From assembly GCA_043819495.1 (NCBI GenBank), contig JBDRET010000024.1:7177-71176 (forward strand): a stretch of 64,000 bases of DNA, given 5' to 3'. A program made the translations under genes and the position numbers. The notes beneath the pieces were generated by a model. The model saw only the letters and a list, made by a program, of their open reading frames with translations. It was not told where the DNA came from and did no database searches. This stretch comes from Candidatus Woesearchaeota archaeon (GTDB lineage Archaea > Nanobdellota > Nanobdellia > Woesearchaeales > UBA11576). Positions 8,675 through 17,893 of this stretch are shown piece after piece (within the stretch, counting starts at the first letter, position 1; each line of letters starts with the position of its first letter).

Positions 8675-10309
8675 TCACTGCCGTACCATTCCCTTTACAT
8701 TATATACTTGAATAGGATTAGATTTTCCTTTCACTCTTATCGGTTCAAGCTCTTCACACTTGACGAGCTTCTTGACTTCTGCATGCGTGGTCGCGGTAAT
8801 GAGGATCTCATCTGCTTTTGCAGCTCCGCAAAGACGTGCGGCGACATTGACGCTGTTTCCTATGACTGTGTAATCCATGCGCTGCCTTGCGCCGACATTA
8901 CCTACGATCATCTCACCAGTATTGATGCCTATTCCGATATTTATGTCGATGCCATACTTCTTCTTGAACTTCTTGGATAATATCTTCTGTGCTGCCTGCA
9001 TCTCGACGGCAGTCTTCACTGCCTTGAGCGCATGCGCTTCGGTGCGGACTGGAGCGCCGAATATCGCCATTATCTCGTCACCTACAAACTTGTCTAGTGT
9101 CCCGTTGTTCTGGTGTATTATCTGCAACATCGTCTCGAAGTGCTCGTTGAGTATCTCTATTGTGTGTTCTGGTGCGAGCTGCTCTGACCATGCTGTGAAG
9201 TCACGCAGGTCTGAGAACAGTACGCTCATCTCACGTTTCTCTGTCCTGAGATAATTCTCTTCAGGGTTTGCAAGTATCTGCTTCATTACTTCAGGACTGA
9301 CGTAGCTCTGGAAGGCAGTCTTTATCTCGGTCTTTGCAAGATCCTCAAATACTGCTGAGTCTGCCTGCTTTGCGATAGCATTGAGAAGATTCTTGTCTAT
9401 CTTCGTGAACCCGTCAGATGAGCTTGAGTTTATCACTCCGAAGACACCCATAGTATCATCATTGAGCATGAATGGTGTACAGATAGCTGAGTCTATATCC
9501 TTGTTGACATTCTTGAACTCTGTAAGCTCTCCCTTGTTCAGTGTCGTACGTGCAGTATCATATAATGCATTTGAATTGTTATGGACAAATGTGGATGACT
9601 TGAGCTTGCCTGCGGTCTTGAGCTCCGTGGTGTTCATCTTCCTATTATTTATCATGAAGAATGCGAGCTTTGCATCTATGACATCAGTTATCTCCTGCAA
9701 TATCGCTTCCATCATCGTGTCAAAGTCTTTTATCGTGTCTCTGATCCGGTCTATGGCGTATATCGTCGAGAGCTCTTTGTCCTTCTCACTCAGTTCCCTG
9801 CGGCTCTTTGCGTGCTCGACAGCTACAGCAGTAAATTTACATATCATCCTGAAAAGTATGAGGTCCTTCTTCTTGAACAGTCTGCGGCTCTTGTTCATTA
9901 TCATGAAGACGCCGATCGGTTCTGATCCGTACATCAATGGCAATGCCATCACATTCTGTATCCTGCATCGTCTCATGCGCTTGTGCATACGGGTGTCATT
10001 CACTATTATCTGCTTCCCTGTCTTGACCAGGTTGTCACATATATCCCTGACCAATGCCTGATCCTCAAGCTGTTCGGAAGTGTTGGTCGCACCATACTCG
10101 AATGGGTTCATGTTGTCTTTGTTGTATAAGATTATGAATCCCAATTCTACTCCAATTGTCTTGACTGTCAGAAGAAGTATCTCCTTAAGGAGCTGGTAGA
10201 ATTCCTTTGTATTGGTCTCTATGGTCACCAATTCGCTCAATATGTATGAACGGGTATTCTGGGACCTGATCTTAGCTGCCAGTCTTTTGATCTTATCAGA
10301 GGATTTCAT
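8675..10309 (-). CDS. GAF-GAF class III adenylate cyclase
   Basis: Two GAF-like domains (ALPL..IGVF.IMNK..F; CTPF..GVFGVIN..GF); LFSDLRDFT, LDKFVGD, DYTVIGNSVNVAARL; Lys/Asp pair indicates adenine specificity. Confidence 0.9.
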   Translation of the reverse strand: MKSSDKIKRLAAKIRSQNTRSYILSELVTIETNTKEFYQLLKEILLLTVKTIGVELGFIILYNKDNMNPFEYGATNTSEQLEDQALVRDICDNLVKTGKQIIVNDTRMHKRMRRCRIQNVMALPLMYGSEPIGVFMIMNKSRRLFKKKDLILFRMICKFTAVAVEHAKSRRELSEKDKELSTIYAIDRIRDTIKDFDTMMEAILQEITDVIDAKLAFFMINNRKMNTTELKTAGKLKSSTFVHNNSNALYDTARTTLNKGELTEFKNVNKDIDSAICTPFMLNDDTMGVFGVINSSSSDGFTKIDKNLLNAIAKQADSAVFEDLAKTEIKTAFQSYVSPEVMKQILANPEENYLRTEKREMSVLFSDLRDFTAWSEQLAPEHTIEILNEHFETMLQIIHQNNGTLDKFVGDEIMAIFGAPVRTEAHALKAVKTAVEMQAAQKILSKKFKKKYGIDINIGIGINTGEMIVGNVGARQRMDYTVIGNSVNVAARLCGAAKADEILITATTHAEVKKLVKCEELEPIRVKGKSNPIQVYNVKGMVRQ

Positions 10310-10573
10310 ATTATGGGTAATTTGTTATTCCACGCAAGTAGTAAACTTGTATAAGTTATATTTAAATGTTTTGTTTATTGGTTTTTTCCGGTGATCTGCC
10401 GGCCATTTTTTGCACGTGTTTAAACTGCTTTATTCTGTATTATTAGAGCTTCTATGGTTTTTTTATTGTGCTCTGTTTTACTATACTGCTTATTTTATTG
10501 TTGTTTTTAGTCTTTTATATTTATGTGCGAACAGAAAGATTTAAATATTGGTTTGTAGAGCTATTTAATATAG

Positions 10574-10690
10574 GCAGAAACAGTAACGGCTTTGGTTTAA
10601 TGACTTTCAGAGGATTCCGTTTGTTAAACGGTCTCCCTTTGCTATCGAATCGGGTTATTTCACCTTTAGCCGTACTGTGGTTTTATCTGC
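10574..10690 (+). promoter_or_regulatory. Structured 5' leader upstream of the DAC-like gene
   Basis: Nested complementary pairs gcaga/tctgc, acagta-acggct/agccgt-actgt, ccgttt/aaacgg; TATA-like tttaaata at about 10540. Confidence 0.4.
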
Positions 10691-10708
10691 AAGCAAGAGG
10701 TGTTTGAA

Positions 10709-11386
10709 ATGCCAGCCCCCACAAACAATGTTTTCAATAGTGTTGCAGCACAGTATCTGCAGAAAGACAGCGCATTCTATTCTAATGTGTCAAAAGCACA
10801 TGATATCTTATGTAAGGTCAGGAATCAGTCAGATGGACACGGCATAACATTTGTAGTGAGACGTAATGAGTATATGCCAAGTCTTGACCGTCGCCTCAGG
10901 AACGCAAAGCAGTATAACGAAGAATCACACCTGCTTGATGATCAGGATATAGTCGAAGTAGTTGCAGACCACCGTGAGGTCGACCTTGCGACCATAGTCA
11001 ATAATGAGGGTCAGATAACCGCTGCGAGCGTATACCTGCCTGCGGATGATCTCATGTATCAGGATAAGTATGGGATCCAATGCGACATCTCAACCTTCCT
11101 CGGTTATGCTCCGGATGAGGATGGTGCAGGTGGACGGGCGATAAGCTCTCTCTGTGCGTCAGATATGTTCAATGGTGACGTCGCCATATTGACACTTGGC
11201 GAGACATCGCCTACTGGGAAGAAAGGTGAGATAAACCTGTATTTCCAAGGTGATAGGCTGTATAACAGTAAAGGGAGAGCTGTACGTTGGGACCTTGCAG
11301 ATCCTTTGAGGTTACCTAAGACGCGGAGACAGTTGTACAGTATTCCTTACTTGAGTGAGAGCACCATTGCGCTCACTCCGTTTTAG
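10709..11386 (+). CDS. Diadenylate cyclase (DisA_N/DAC)-like protein with degenerate catalytic motifs
   Basis: DLATIVNNEGQITAASVYL...GGRAISSLCAS...AILTLGET...GEINLYFQG aligns by eye with DAC DGA...G.I.AA..YL...G.RHRAA...SEE.G.I; SD gaggtg. Confidence 0.55.
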   Translation: MPAPTNNVFNSVAAQYLQKDSAFYSNVSKAHDILCKVRNQSDGHGITFVVRRNEYMPSLDRRLRNAKQYNEESHLLDDQDIVEVVADHREVDLATIVNNEGQITAASVYLPADDLMYQDKYGIQCDISTFLGYAPDEDGAGGRAISSLCASDMFNGDVAILTLGETSPTGKKGEINLYFQGDRLYNSKGRAVRWDLADPLRLPKTRRQLYSIPYLSESTIALTPF

Positions 11387-11461
11387 GCATCGTCACTTTA
11401 TGCTGAACTGCATCAGCTTTTTCTTCTATTTTTTTTCAGCTCGCTAGGCAGTGGTGCTCTC
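11357..11461 (+). repeat. Dispersed three-box hairpin element, copy A
   Basis: Stem gagagcaccattgc/gcagtggtgctctc enclosing GCTCAC-N25-GCTGAACTGCA-N24-CAGCTCGCTAG. Confidence 0.85.
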
Positions 11462-11535
11462 ATTTATACAGTAATTCGGGTAGGTGTGTGGATCAGAACA
11501 TAATCTTTATAAGAAAACACTTCATCTTTGGGGTT

Positions 11536-12774
11536 ATGAGCATGAAGAAAGAGCTTGAGGCAGTCGTTGAGCAGATACGGCCTTCCGATAAGAAACTCCT
11601 TAAAGAAGTCAATGATTTCATCAAGAAGCTCAATGCAGAACTCAAGGTAAAAGGCATACGCGCAAAGACAGTCATGGGTGGGTCTATAGCTAAAGATACC
11701 TACCTGAAAGGTGACCATGATTGCGACCTATTTGTCAGGTTCCATAAGAGCTATGCTGACAAAGACATATCAAAACTTCTTGGAGCAGTACTAAAACCAT
11801 TCAGACCTGTCAAAGTACACGGAAGCAGAGATTATTATCATATAAAGAACGGTATCAATTATGAGATTGTCCCGGTACTCGAGATAACTGATGCAAAAGA
11901 TGCAGTGAATGTCACTGACATGAGCCCTATGCATGTCACCTGGGTGAAAGACCATCCTGGGTTGACTGATGAGATACGTCTCGCAAAACAGTTCTGCAAA
12001 GCAAGCGGAGTATATGGTGCAGAATCTTACATCAAAGGATTTTCCGGTCATGTTCTTGATATATTGGTCATACAGTACGGCGGTTTTGTCAATTTCCTGA
12101 AGGCAACTCAGAAATGGAAAGACAAGGAAGTGATAGACCCTGAGAAGCATTACAAAAAAGATGCGCTCCAAAAGCTAAACAGGTCAAAGATAGACAGTCC
12201 AATAATAGTCATAGATCCAGTATGTCCTGAAAGGAATGCTGCTGCTGCATTATCCGGAGAGAAACTAGATATGCTCAAAGCTGCTGCTGCAAAGTTCCTC
12301 AAGGAACCATCAAAGGATCTATTCGTCGTGCGTGAGAAGAGCACTGTTGACATAAAGACCGGCGCAGGCAAGAACAAGACAATAATGCTTGAGGTCACTG
12401 CGTTCCGCGGAAAAGAGGATGTTGTCGGTGCGAAATTGCTCAAGGCATTCCAGCAGATCCACAACCAGCTCAGGTTCTATGATTTTGAGGTCATCGATGC
12501 AGGATGGAAATGGAACAAGAAGGAGAAAGCGCTCTTCTGGTATGTGCTTGACCCAAAAGACCTGATCCAGATAAAGAAATGGATCGGACCTCCTCTGCGC
12601 GAGACAGAACGGATAAAGAATTTTGAGAGCAAGCACGGAAATACATTCGTCGAGGATGGCAGGGTATGCACTTACGTTAAGCGTAAGTATGTGAATGCAG
12701 AAGCGCTGATAGATGATATAATCAAGGATGATGAGCATCTATATGAAAAGGTGAAGAGGGTGGTCCGTAAATGA
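11536..12774 (+). CDS. cca: CCA-adding enzyme (archaeal class I)
   Basis: GGSIAKDTYL.GDHDCDLF, YGAESYIKGFSG, DPVCPERNAAAAL, GPP motifs. Confidence 0.93.
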   Translation: MSMKKELEAVVEQIRPSDKKLLKEVNDFIKKLNAELKVKGIRAKTVMGGSIAKDTYLKGDHDCDLFVRFHKSYADKDISKLLGAVLKPFRPVKVHGSRDYYHIKNGINYEIVPVLEITDAKDAVNVTDMSPMHVTWVKDHPGLTDEIRLAKQFCKASGVYGAESYIKGFSGHVLDILVIQYGGFVNFLKATQKWKDKEVIDPEKHYKKDALQKLNRSKIDSPIIVIDPVCPERNAAAALSGEKLDMLKAAAAKFLKEPSKDLFVVREKSTVDIKTGAGKNKTIMLEVTAFRGKEDVVGAKLLKAFQQIHNQLRFYDFEVIDAGWKWNKKEKALFWYVLDPKDLIQIKKWIGPPLRETERIKNFESKHGNTFVEDGRVCTYVKRKYVNAEALIDDIIKDDEHLYEKVKRVVRK

Positions 12775-13511
12775 AAGCGATAATACTTGCAGCAGGGTAT
12801 GCGACAAGGCTATATCCTTTGACATTGAATACCCCAAAACCACTGATTGAAGTGGGCCGGAAGAAGATGGTCGAGCACATCCTGCATAAGCTTGAGGAGC
12901 TTGATGGGCTTGATGAAGTGCATATAGTCACAAACTCAAAATTCTATCAACATTTTGTCGACTGGAGAAGAAGTTTCCCAAGTACGGTCAACATAAAGAT
13001 ACATGATGACGGTACTAAGACCAATGAAGACCGGCTCGGAGCTGTCGGTGATATACATTTTGTCGTACAGAAAGAGAAGATGGCAGATGATGTGGTGATA
13101 GTCGGCGGGGATAACCTGTTTGACTTCAGTCTCTTGGGCATGCGATCATTGTTTGACTCCAGGAAAGGGCCGGTGGTCGCTGCGCGCGATCTTGGTGATC
13201 CTGCAAAGCTTGCGAAAAAGTTTGGCACCATGGAGATTGATTCTTCCAATAAAGTGATCAGTTTTGAGGAGAAACCAGAAAAACCAAGATCATCTCTTGC
13301 TGCAACCTGCGTGTACATGTACACAAAGGAAGACATAGAAGAGCTTGAGCGACATGTCGAGAAAGAGGGCCTGCCAGATAATACTGGTGATTTTGTCAAG
13401 CATCTGATGAGCGTGCGTGATGTGTTCGCATATCCTTTCGAGGAGCACTGGTATGACATCGGCAGCCATGAGCAGCTCGAAGAGGCAAACTTGATATTCA
13501 AGGACAGGTAA
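12771..13511 (+). CDS. Sugar-phosphate nucleotidyltransferase
   Basis: ILAAGYATRLYPLT..PKPL, GDN, FEEKP, WYDIG. Confidence 0.9.
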   Translation: MKAIILAAGYATRLYPLTLNTPKPLIEVGRKKMVEHILHKLEELDGLDEVHIVTNSKFYQHFVDWRRSFPSTVNIKIHDDGTKTNEDRLGAVGDIHFVVQKEKMADDVVIVGGDNLFDFSLLGMRSLFDSRKGPVVAARDLGDPAKLAKKFGTMEIDSSNKVISFEEKPEKPRSSLAATCVYMYTKEDIEELERHVEKEGLPDNTGDFVKHLMSVRDVFAYPFEEHWYDIGSHEQLEEANLIFKDR

Positions 13512-13709
13512 TTCTCTGTATTTTGCTGAGGAGTGTATTGAAGATAGGTAATGATATCCTATCATGATGATTTCATATTCCTAACAATACTATTTCTGAG
13601 GAGCCTGATTTTCATGTTCTGGTAAAAAAGTTGCGCGGCGCATGGCTTTCCGATATATAAACTTTCTCAGAAAAGGTATATAAGCGAGCAGCGCGTCAGA
13701 ATCTGGACA

Positions 13710-14741
13710 ATGAAACTCGCAGAACAACTACGGCAAGAATTCCTCGACCATGGGAGAGGATTCGAGAACATAATAGGACAGGACCCTGTCAAACAGCAGG
13801 TAAAGTCAGCACTCATCGCAGGAAGGCATATACTGATAGTAGGTCCTCCAGGGATAGGGAAGACAACTCTTGCAAAGAGCATCGCAGGACTGCTGCCTGA
13901 GACTGAGGTCAAGAACTGCCCTTACAACTGCCTGCCTGAAAGGCCTGTGTGCCCTGAATGCAAGACGGGTAGGACAGATGGAACAAAGATAGTCGCAGGT
14001 CTTGATTTTTTTGTAAGGGTACAGGGAAGCCCCGACCTTACTGCTGAAGATCTTATAGGTGATATCGATCCTGCAAAAGCGATGGAACACGGACCGCTCA
14101 GTATTGAAGCATTCACTCCAGGAAAGATATTCAAGGCAAACAATGGCGTGCTGTTCTTTGATGAGCTCAACAGGGCTCCGGAGAAACTCCAGAATGCACT
14201 GCTTCAGGCATTGCAGGAGAGGACAGTTACGATCGGCAGCTATGACGTTGACCTTGAGGCAAATTTCATATTCATAGCGACCATGAATCCTGATGATTCA
14301 AGTACAGAACCCCTCTCTGATGTCCTTCTTGACCGTTTTGATGTTGCATACATGGTATATCCTGAGAGCATCGAGAATGAGGTACGCATAGTAGAAGAGA
14401 ACTCCCAGCATTTTCTTGAGTTCCCTGAAAATGTACGCAATCTCACAGTGCTTTTTGTCAGGCTCCTGCGTGAGAGCGACAAGCTTGAGAAGCTTCCTAG
14501 TGTCAGGGCGTCAATAGGATTGTATGAACGGGCGCAGACAAATGCCCTGGTGAAAGGCAAACAAAAAGTAGAATGGCAAGATGTACAGGATGTTCTAGTG
14601 TCCGTGCTCAGCCATAGGATAAAACTCAAGCCATCTTCACAATATCTGCAGACCCCGCAGGAACTCATAAAGGAACAGCTCTCAAAGTTTGTGGAACAGC
14701 ACGGGATCCAGAGAGAAGCCGAAGAGGGTGATGTTCCCTAG
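13710..14741 (+). CDS. AAA+ ATPase, MoxR/ChlI-like, with Cys cluster
   Basis: GPPGIGKT, CPYNC...CPEC, ANNGVLFFDELNR, ATMNP, LLDRF. Confidence 0.85.
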   Translation: MKLAEQLRQEFLDHGRGFENIIGQDPVKQQVKSALIAGRHILIVGPPGIGKTTLAKSIAGLLPETEVKNCPYNCLPERPVCPECKTGRTDGTKIVAGLDFFVRVQGSPDLTAEDLIGDIDPAKAMEHGPLSIEAFTPGKIFKANNGVLFFDELNRAPEKLQNALLQALQERTVTIGSYDVDLEANFIFIATMNPDDSSTEPLSDVLLDRFDVAYMVYPESIENEVRIVEENSQHFLEFPENVRNLTVLFVRLLRESDKLEKLPSVRASIGLYERAQTNALVKGKQKVEWQDVQDVLVSVLSHRIKLKPSSQYLQTPQELIKEQLSKFVEQHGIQREAEEGDVP

Positions 14742-15942
14742 TAGTGCTGAGGCAAAAGATAAGGATACTGTAAAACTCGATATCTCAAGCCTTACACCTC
14801 TACAGGAGATGGATGGCAAGCTTAAGCTTGACAATGTAGATGACAAGCTCATGCACTCTGTTCTTGAGAATGACCAGGAAGTCATAGATGAAGGTATGGT
14901 GATAGAAGAAGCCATAAACAGGGGAATAGGATCATTTAGCCCTGACATGATGTTCGAGAAGCTCGTCAAGAATTATACAATGGCAAAGAGCATCTTTGGA
15001 GAGGCTCTGATCAGAGCAATCTCAGGATACGATCCTGAATATCTGGACAAAAATATAGGCATACCTGAATTCCAAAGAGAGCTCAAGAAAAGGATCGAGG
15101 AAAAACTGGACAGATTCAAGAAAGATGGGATAATAGACAAACAGGGCATAATCACTGACAAAGGGATAGAACTCGCATCACTCATAATGTGCATCCAAGA
15201 GCTTGACAATATCGTACCCAAAGGGATATCTGGCGAGAGAGTGCACAAGAGACATTCTATATATGGCGGAAAGAGTGATGTGCGCAACTATAGGAAAGGT
15301 GACCGGTATCGTGATATCGCTGTCAAGATGTCTGCCAAGACTGCGATACGCAGAGGACATCACGAGATAGGTATGGGGGATCTCAAGACATACGAACGGC
15401 AGAGTAAGGGCGAAGTGTATCTCATCTATGCACTTGATGCTAGCGGAAGCATGAAAGGAGATAAGATAGGGGTGTGCAAGAAAGCAGGTGTTGCACTTGC
15501 GTATCGTGCTATCCAGGAGAAAGATAGGGTCGGGCTCATAGTTTTTGGCACAGATGTGAAAGAAGCGATACCACCGACAACAGATTTTTCATTATTGCTC
15601 AATTCCATAACACGAGTAAAAGCATCAGCAGAGACTGACATGGCAGCCACCATCAGAAGGGCTGTCGAACTTTTCCCCAATACTGATGTGACCAAGCATC
15701 TTCTTGTACTCAGTGATGCGCTGCCGACAAAAGGTGATGATCCAGAGAAAGAGACACTTGAAGCTGCAGCAGTCGCAAGGGCTGCAGGAGTGACAATATC
15801 ATTGATAGGAATAGACTTGGATGCCAAGGGCAAGAAGCTTGCAGAGAAACTTGTGGAACTCGGGAACGGGAAGCTCTATGTGGTCAAGGACCTGAAAGAT
15901 ATAGACAAGATAGTGCTTGAGGATTATTATAGTGTGATGTGA
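14731..15942 (+). CDS. VWA domain protein, probable partner of the upstream AAA+ ATPase
   Basis: MIDAS DASGSM, TDMA and LSDA motifs; overlaps the ATPase stop. Confidence 0.85.
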   Translation: MFPSSAEAKDKDTVKLDISSLTPLQEMDGKLKLDNVDDKLMHSVLENDQEVIDEGMVIEEAINRGIGSFSPDMMFEKLVKNYTMAKSIFGEALIRAISGYDPEYLDKNIGIPEFQRELKKRIEEKLDRFKKDGIIDKQGIITDKGIELASLIMCIQELDNIVPKGISGERVHKRHSIYGGKSDVRNYRKGDRYRDIAVKMSAKTAIRRGHHEIGMGDLKTYERQSKGEVYLIYALDASGSMKGDKIGVCKKAGVALAYRAIQEKDRVGLIVFGTDVKEAIPPTTDFSLLLNSITRVKASAETDMAATIRRAVELFPNTDVTKHLLVLSDALPTKGDDPEKETLEAAAVARAAGVTISLIGIDLDAKGKKLAEKLVELGNGKLYVVKDLKDIDKIVLEDYYSVM

Positions 15943-15955
15943 GTCAGGTGTGATA

Positions 15956-16489
15956 TCATTCTTTGGGTATTAACCTGACCAGGAAATGAAAGTTGTAGTC
16001 TGAGAATGACTCTTCTTCTATCGGTTTCAACTGGTTGAATATGACTGATATTCCGCTTATTGTACCACCTAGCTGTTCAATGAGGGATATTGCAGATCTG
16101 CCTGTTTCACCAGACTCAAACCAATCATCAATCAGCAGTATCCTATCTGTTTTTTTGATGGATGACTTGAATAGTTCTATTGATTTTCTCTTGCCAGAAT
16201 AATCTATAAATCCTTCACCTTGAACTACAAGTTCGCGATCACCTATCTTCCCTCCTTTGAGAATAGGAACGAAGGGGACTTTCAGACGGTCTGCGATTAC
16301 AGGTCCATACATCAATCCTTTCATATCCAGTCCTACAACCTTGTTTATGTCTGAGTTCTTGAAGGGACTTGCCATCTGATTCAGCACTTTTTGGTATACT
16401 TCTGAATGACTTGGTATCAGGTAATCACTTTCAGAATCCTTAATCCTTAGAAGTTCTTTCTCCAGTTCTCTATTGATCATATTGTTCAC
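15956..16489 (-). CDS. apt: Adenine/purine phosphoribosyltransferase
   Basis: VVGLDMKG..G..IA..L.VPF and PRPP-binding ILLIDDWFESGET. Confidence 0.75.
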   Translation of the reverse strand: MNNMINRELEKELLRIKDSESDYLIPSHSEVYQKVLNQMASPFKNSDINKVVGLDMKGLMYGPVIADRLKVPFVPILKGGKIGDRELVVQGEGFIDYSGKRKSIELFKSSIKKTDRILLIDDWFESGETGRSAISLIEQLGGTISGISVIFNQLKPIEEESFSDYNFHFLVRLIPKE

Positions 16490-17010
16490 TTAAGAAGCTC
16501 AGGAGGCTTATACTTGTCATGCATGTGCTTATGCCTGTACTCTGCTGTGTGGAGCGCAAAGCCGAGCACGAGAATTACTATGAACATCCCTACTGCAGTA
16601 CTTACGAATTGGTTGGCCGCGACTTTCGATACACTGGTCACAGCAGCACCTGTGATTGTAGGGTCACTGAATAATATATAGAATGATGCTGTGAACAACA
16701 GTACTGCGGCACCGATCATCGTGTATGCAGTGAAAGGAAACTTTTCCTGGCGGTCAGTGCTTGATGTGATAAGATCAGTCACGTACTTCTGCTTGTAATA
16801 TCTCTGTTTGACATCTGAAAGAAGATCATCATAAGGCCGGTTGTAGTTTCCGAGCTTATTGAGACGTCCTTGTATCTCATCCATCTGCTTTATCAGCTGG
16901 TTGTCAGATCTTATGCGTTCTACTTTAAGTTTGAGGATGCGAGCTTCTTCTTTCCTCTTCTCTGCAGCGCTGGTATTCTTGCCTGATGCTTTCCTCTTTT
17001 TGGTTGGCAT
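16486..17010 (-). CDS. Membrane protein, 2 TM, with ITGAAV motif
   Basis: Basic N-terminus; two hydrophobic segments flanking PTITGAAV. Confidence 0.65.
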   Translation of the reverse strand: MPTKKRKASGKNTSAAEKRKEEARILKLKVERIRSDNQLIKQMDEIQGRLNKLGNYNRPYDDLLSDVKQRYYKQKYVTDLITSSTDRQEKFPFTAYTMIGAAVLLFTASFYILFSDPTITGAAVTSVSKVAANQFVSTAVGMFIVILVLGFALHTAEYRHKHMHDKYKPPELLK

Positions 17011-17118
17011 AGGGTATCCTATGCCCGGAGTATTTATAAACTTTATTCATTTCTTTTTCGGATACCCACAGTACTTATGCCCATATCTTTAGTACAATCA
17101 TCTGCGGAGCGGATAAAT

Positions 17119-17715
17119 ATGAAACTACTTGCATTCGTTGACCTGCATGGTTCTTTGAGCATGATAAAGAAGATCGCATCCACTGTGAAAAAAGAGGATG
17201 TGGATTGCATCATCTGCGCAGGAGATGTGACCATATTCGGAGATTCTATGAAGCAACTTGTGCGAAAGCTCGATGGAATAGGTCCAACAGTATTCATGCT
17301 GCATGGAAACCATGAAGACCGTATCTCTCTGAAGCGTGCCTGTGAAAATACAAAGAATGTCAAGTTCATGCATAAGGCAGTCTTTGAGACTGATGAATAT
17401 GTTATCATGGCTTATGGGGGAGGGGGCTTTTCCACAAAGGATGCAGAGTTTGAGAAATGGACAAAAGAGGCTATGAAAACAATCGGCAAGGACAAGAAGA
17501 TAATCCTTGTCACGCATGCTCCTCCTTATGGAACAAAGTTAGATCTCATACTTGACCAGCCTGCAGGTAATAAGTCGATACGTGCGTTCATAGAGAAAGA
17601 GAAGCCGGTATTGGCCATAAGCGGGCATCTGCATGAGAATTCTTATGTCAAGGATAAGATAGGTAAGACAATCATAGTCAACCCTGGACCTGGTGGGATG
17701 GTTTTTGAGGTATGA
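17119..17715 (+). CDS. Calcineurin-like metallophosphoesterase
   Basis: DLHG, AGD, GNHE, THAPP, GHLHE, NPG. Confidence 0.9.
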   Translation: MKLLAFVDLHGSLSMIKKIASTVKKEDVDCIICAGDVTIFGDSMKQLVRKLDGIGPTVFMLHGNHEDRISLKRACENTKNVKFMHKAVFETDEYVIMAYGGGGFSTKDAEFEKWTKEAMKTIGKDKKIILVTHAPPYGTKLDLILDQPAGNKSIRAFIEKEKPVLAISGHLHENSYVKDKIGKTIIVNPGPGGMVFEV

Positions 17716-17830
17716 TCAGGAACAGTTTATGATGATAGATTATACAATGGAATTTATCAGAATCACATAATCCTTCCATCGACACGATAATTCTACCTTC
17801 GTATTTTATGATAACCGCATCTCCGGTAGA

Positions 17831-17893
17831 ATTGTGGGGTCAAGAACCCTGTGGCTATTTTATCATTCTACTGAATGAGGGTTCTTGACAATC
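17831..17893 (+). repeat. Hairpin element of the ATTGTGGRGTCAAGAACC family, copy 1
   Basis: Perfect 12-bp inverted repeat gtcaagaaccct/agggttcttgac; left arm nearly identical to 37717-37734. Confidence 0.6.

Noticed and set aside
13520..13610. Box C/D sRNA candidate (atgatga and several ctga)
   Set aside because: Box order and spacing do not fit C-D'-C'-D; only a weak hairpin is present.
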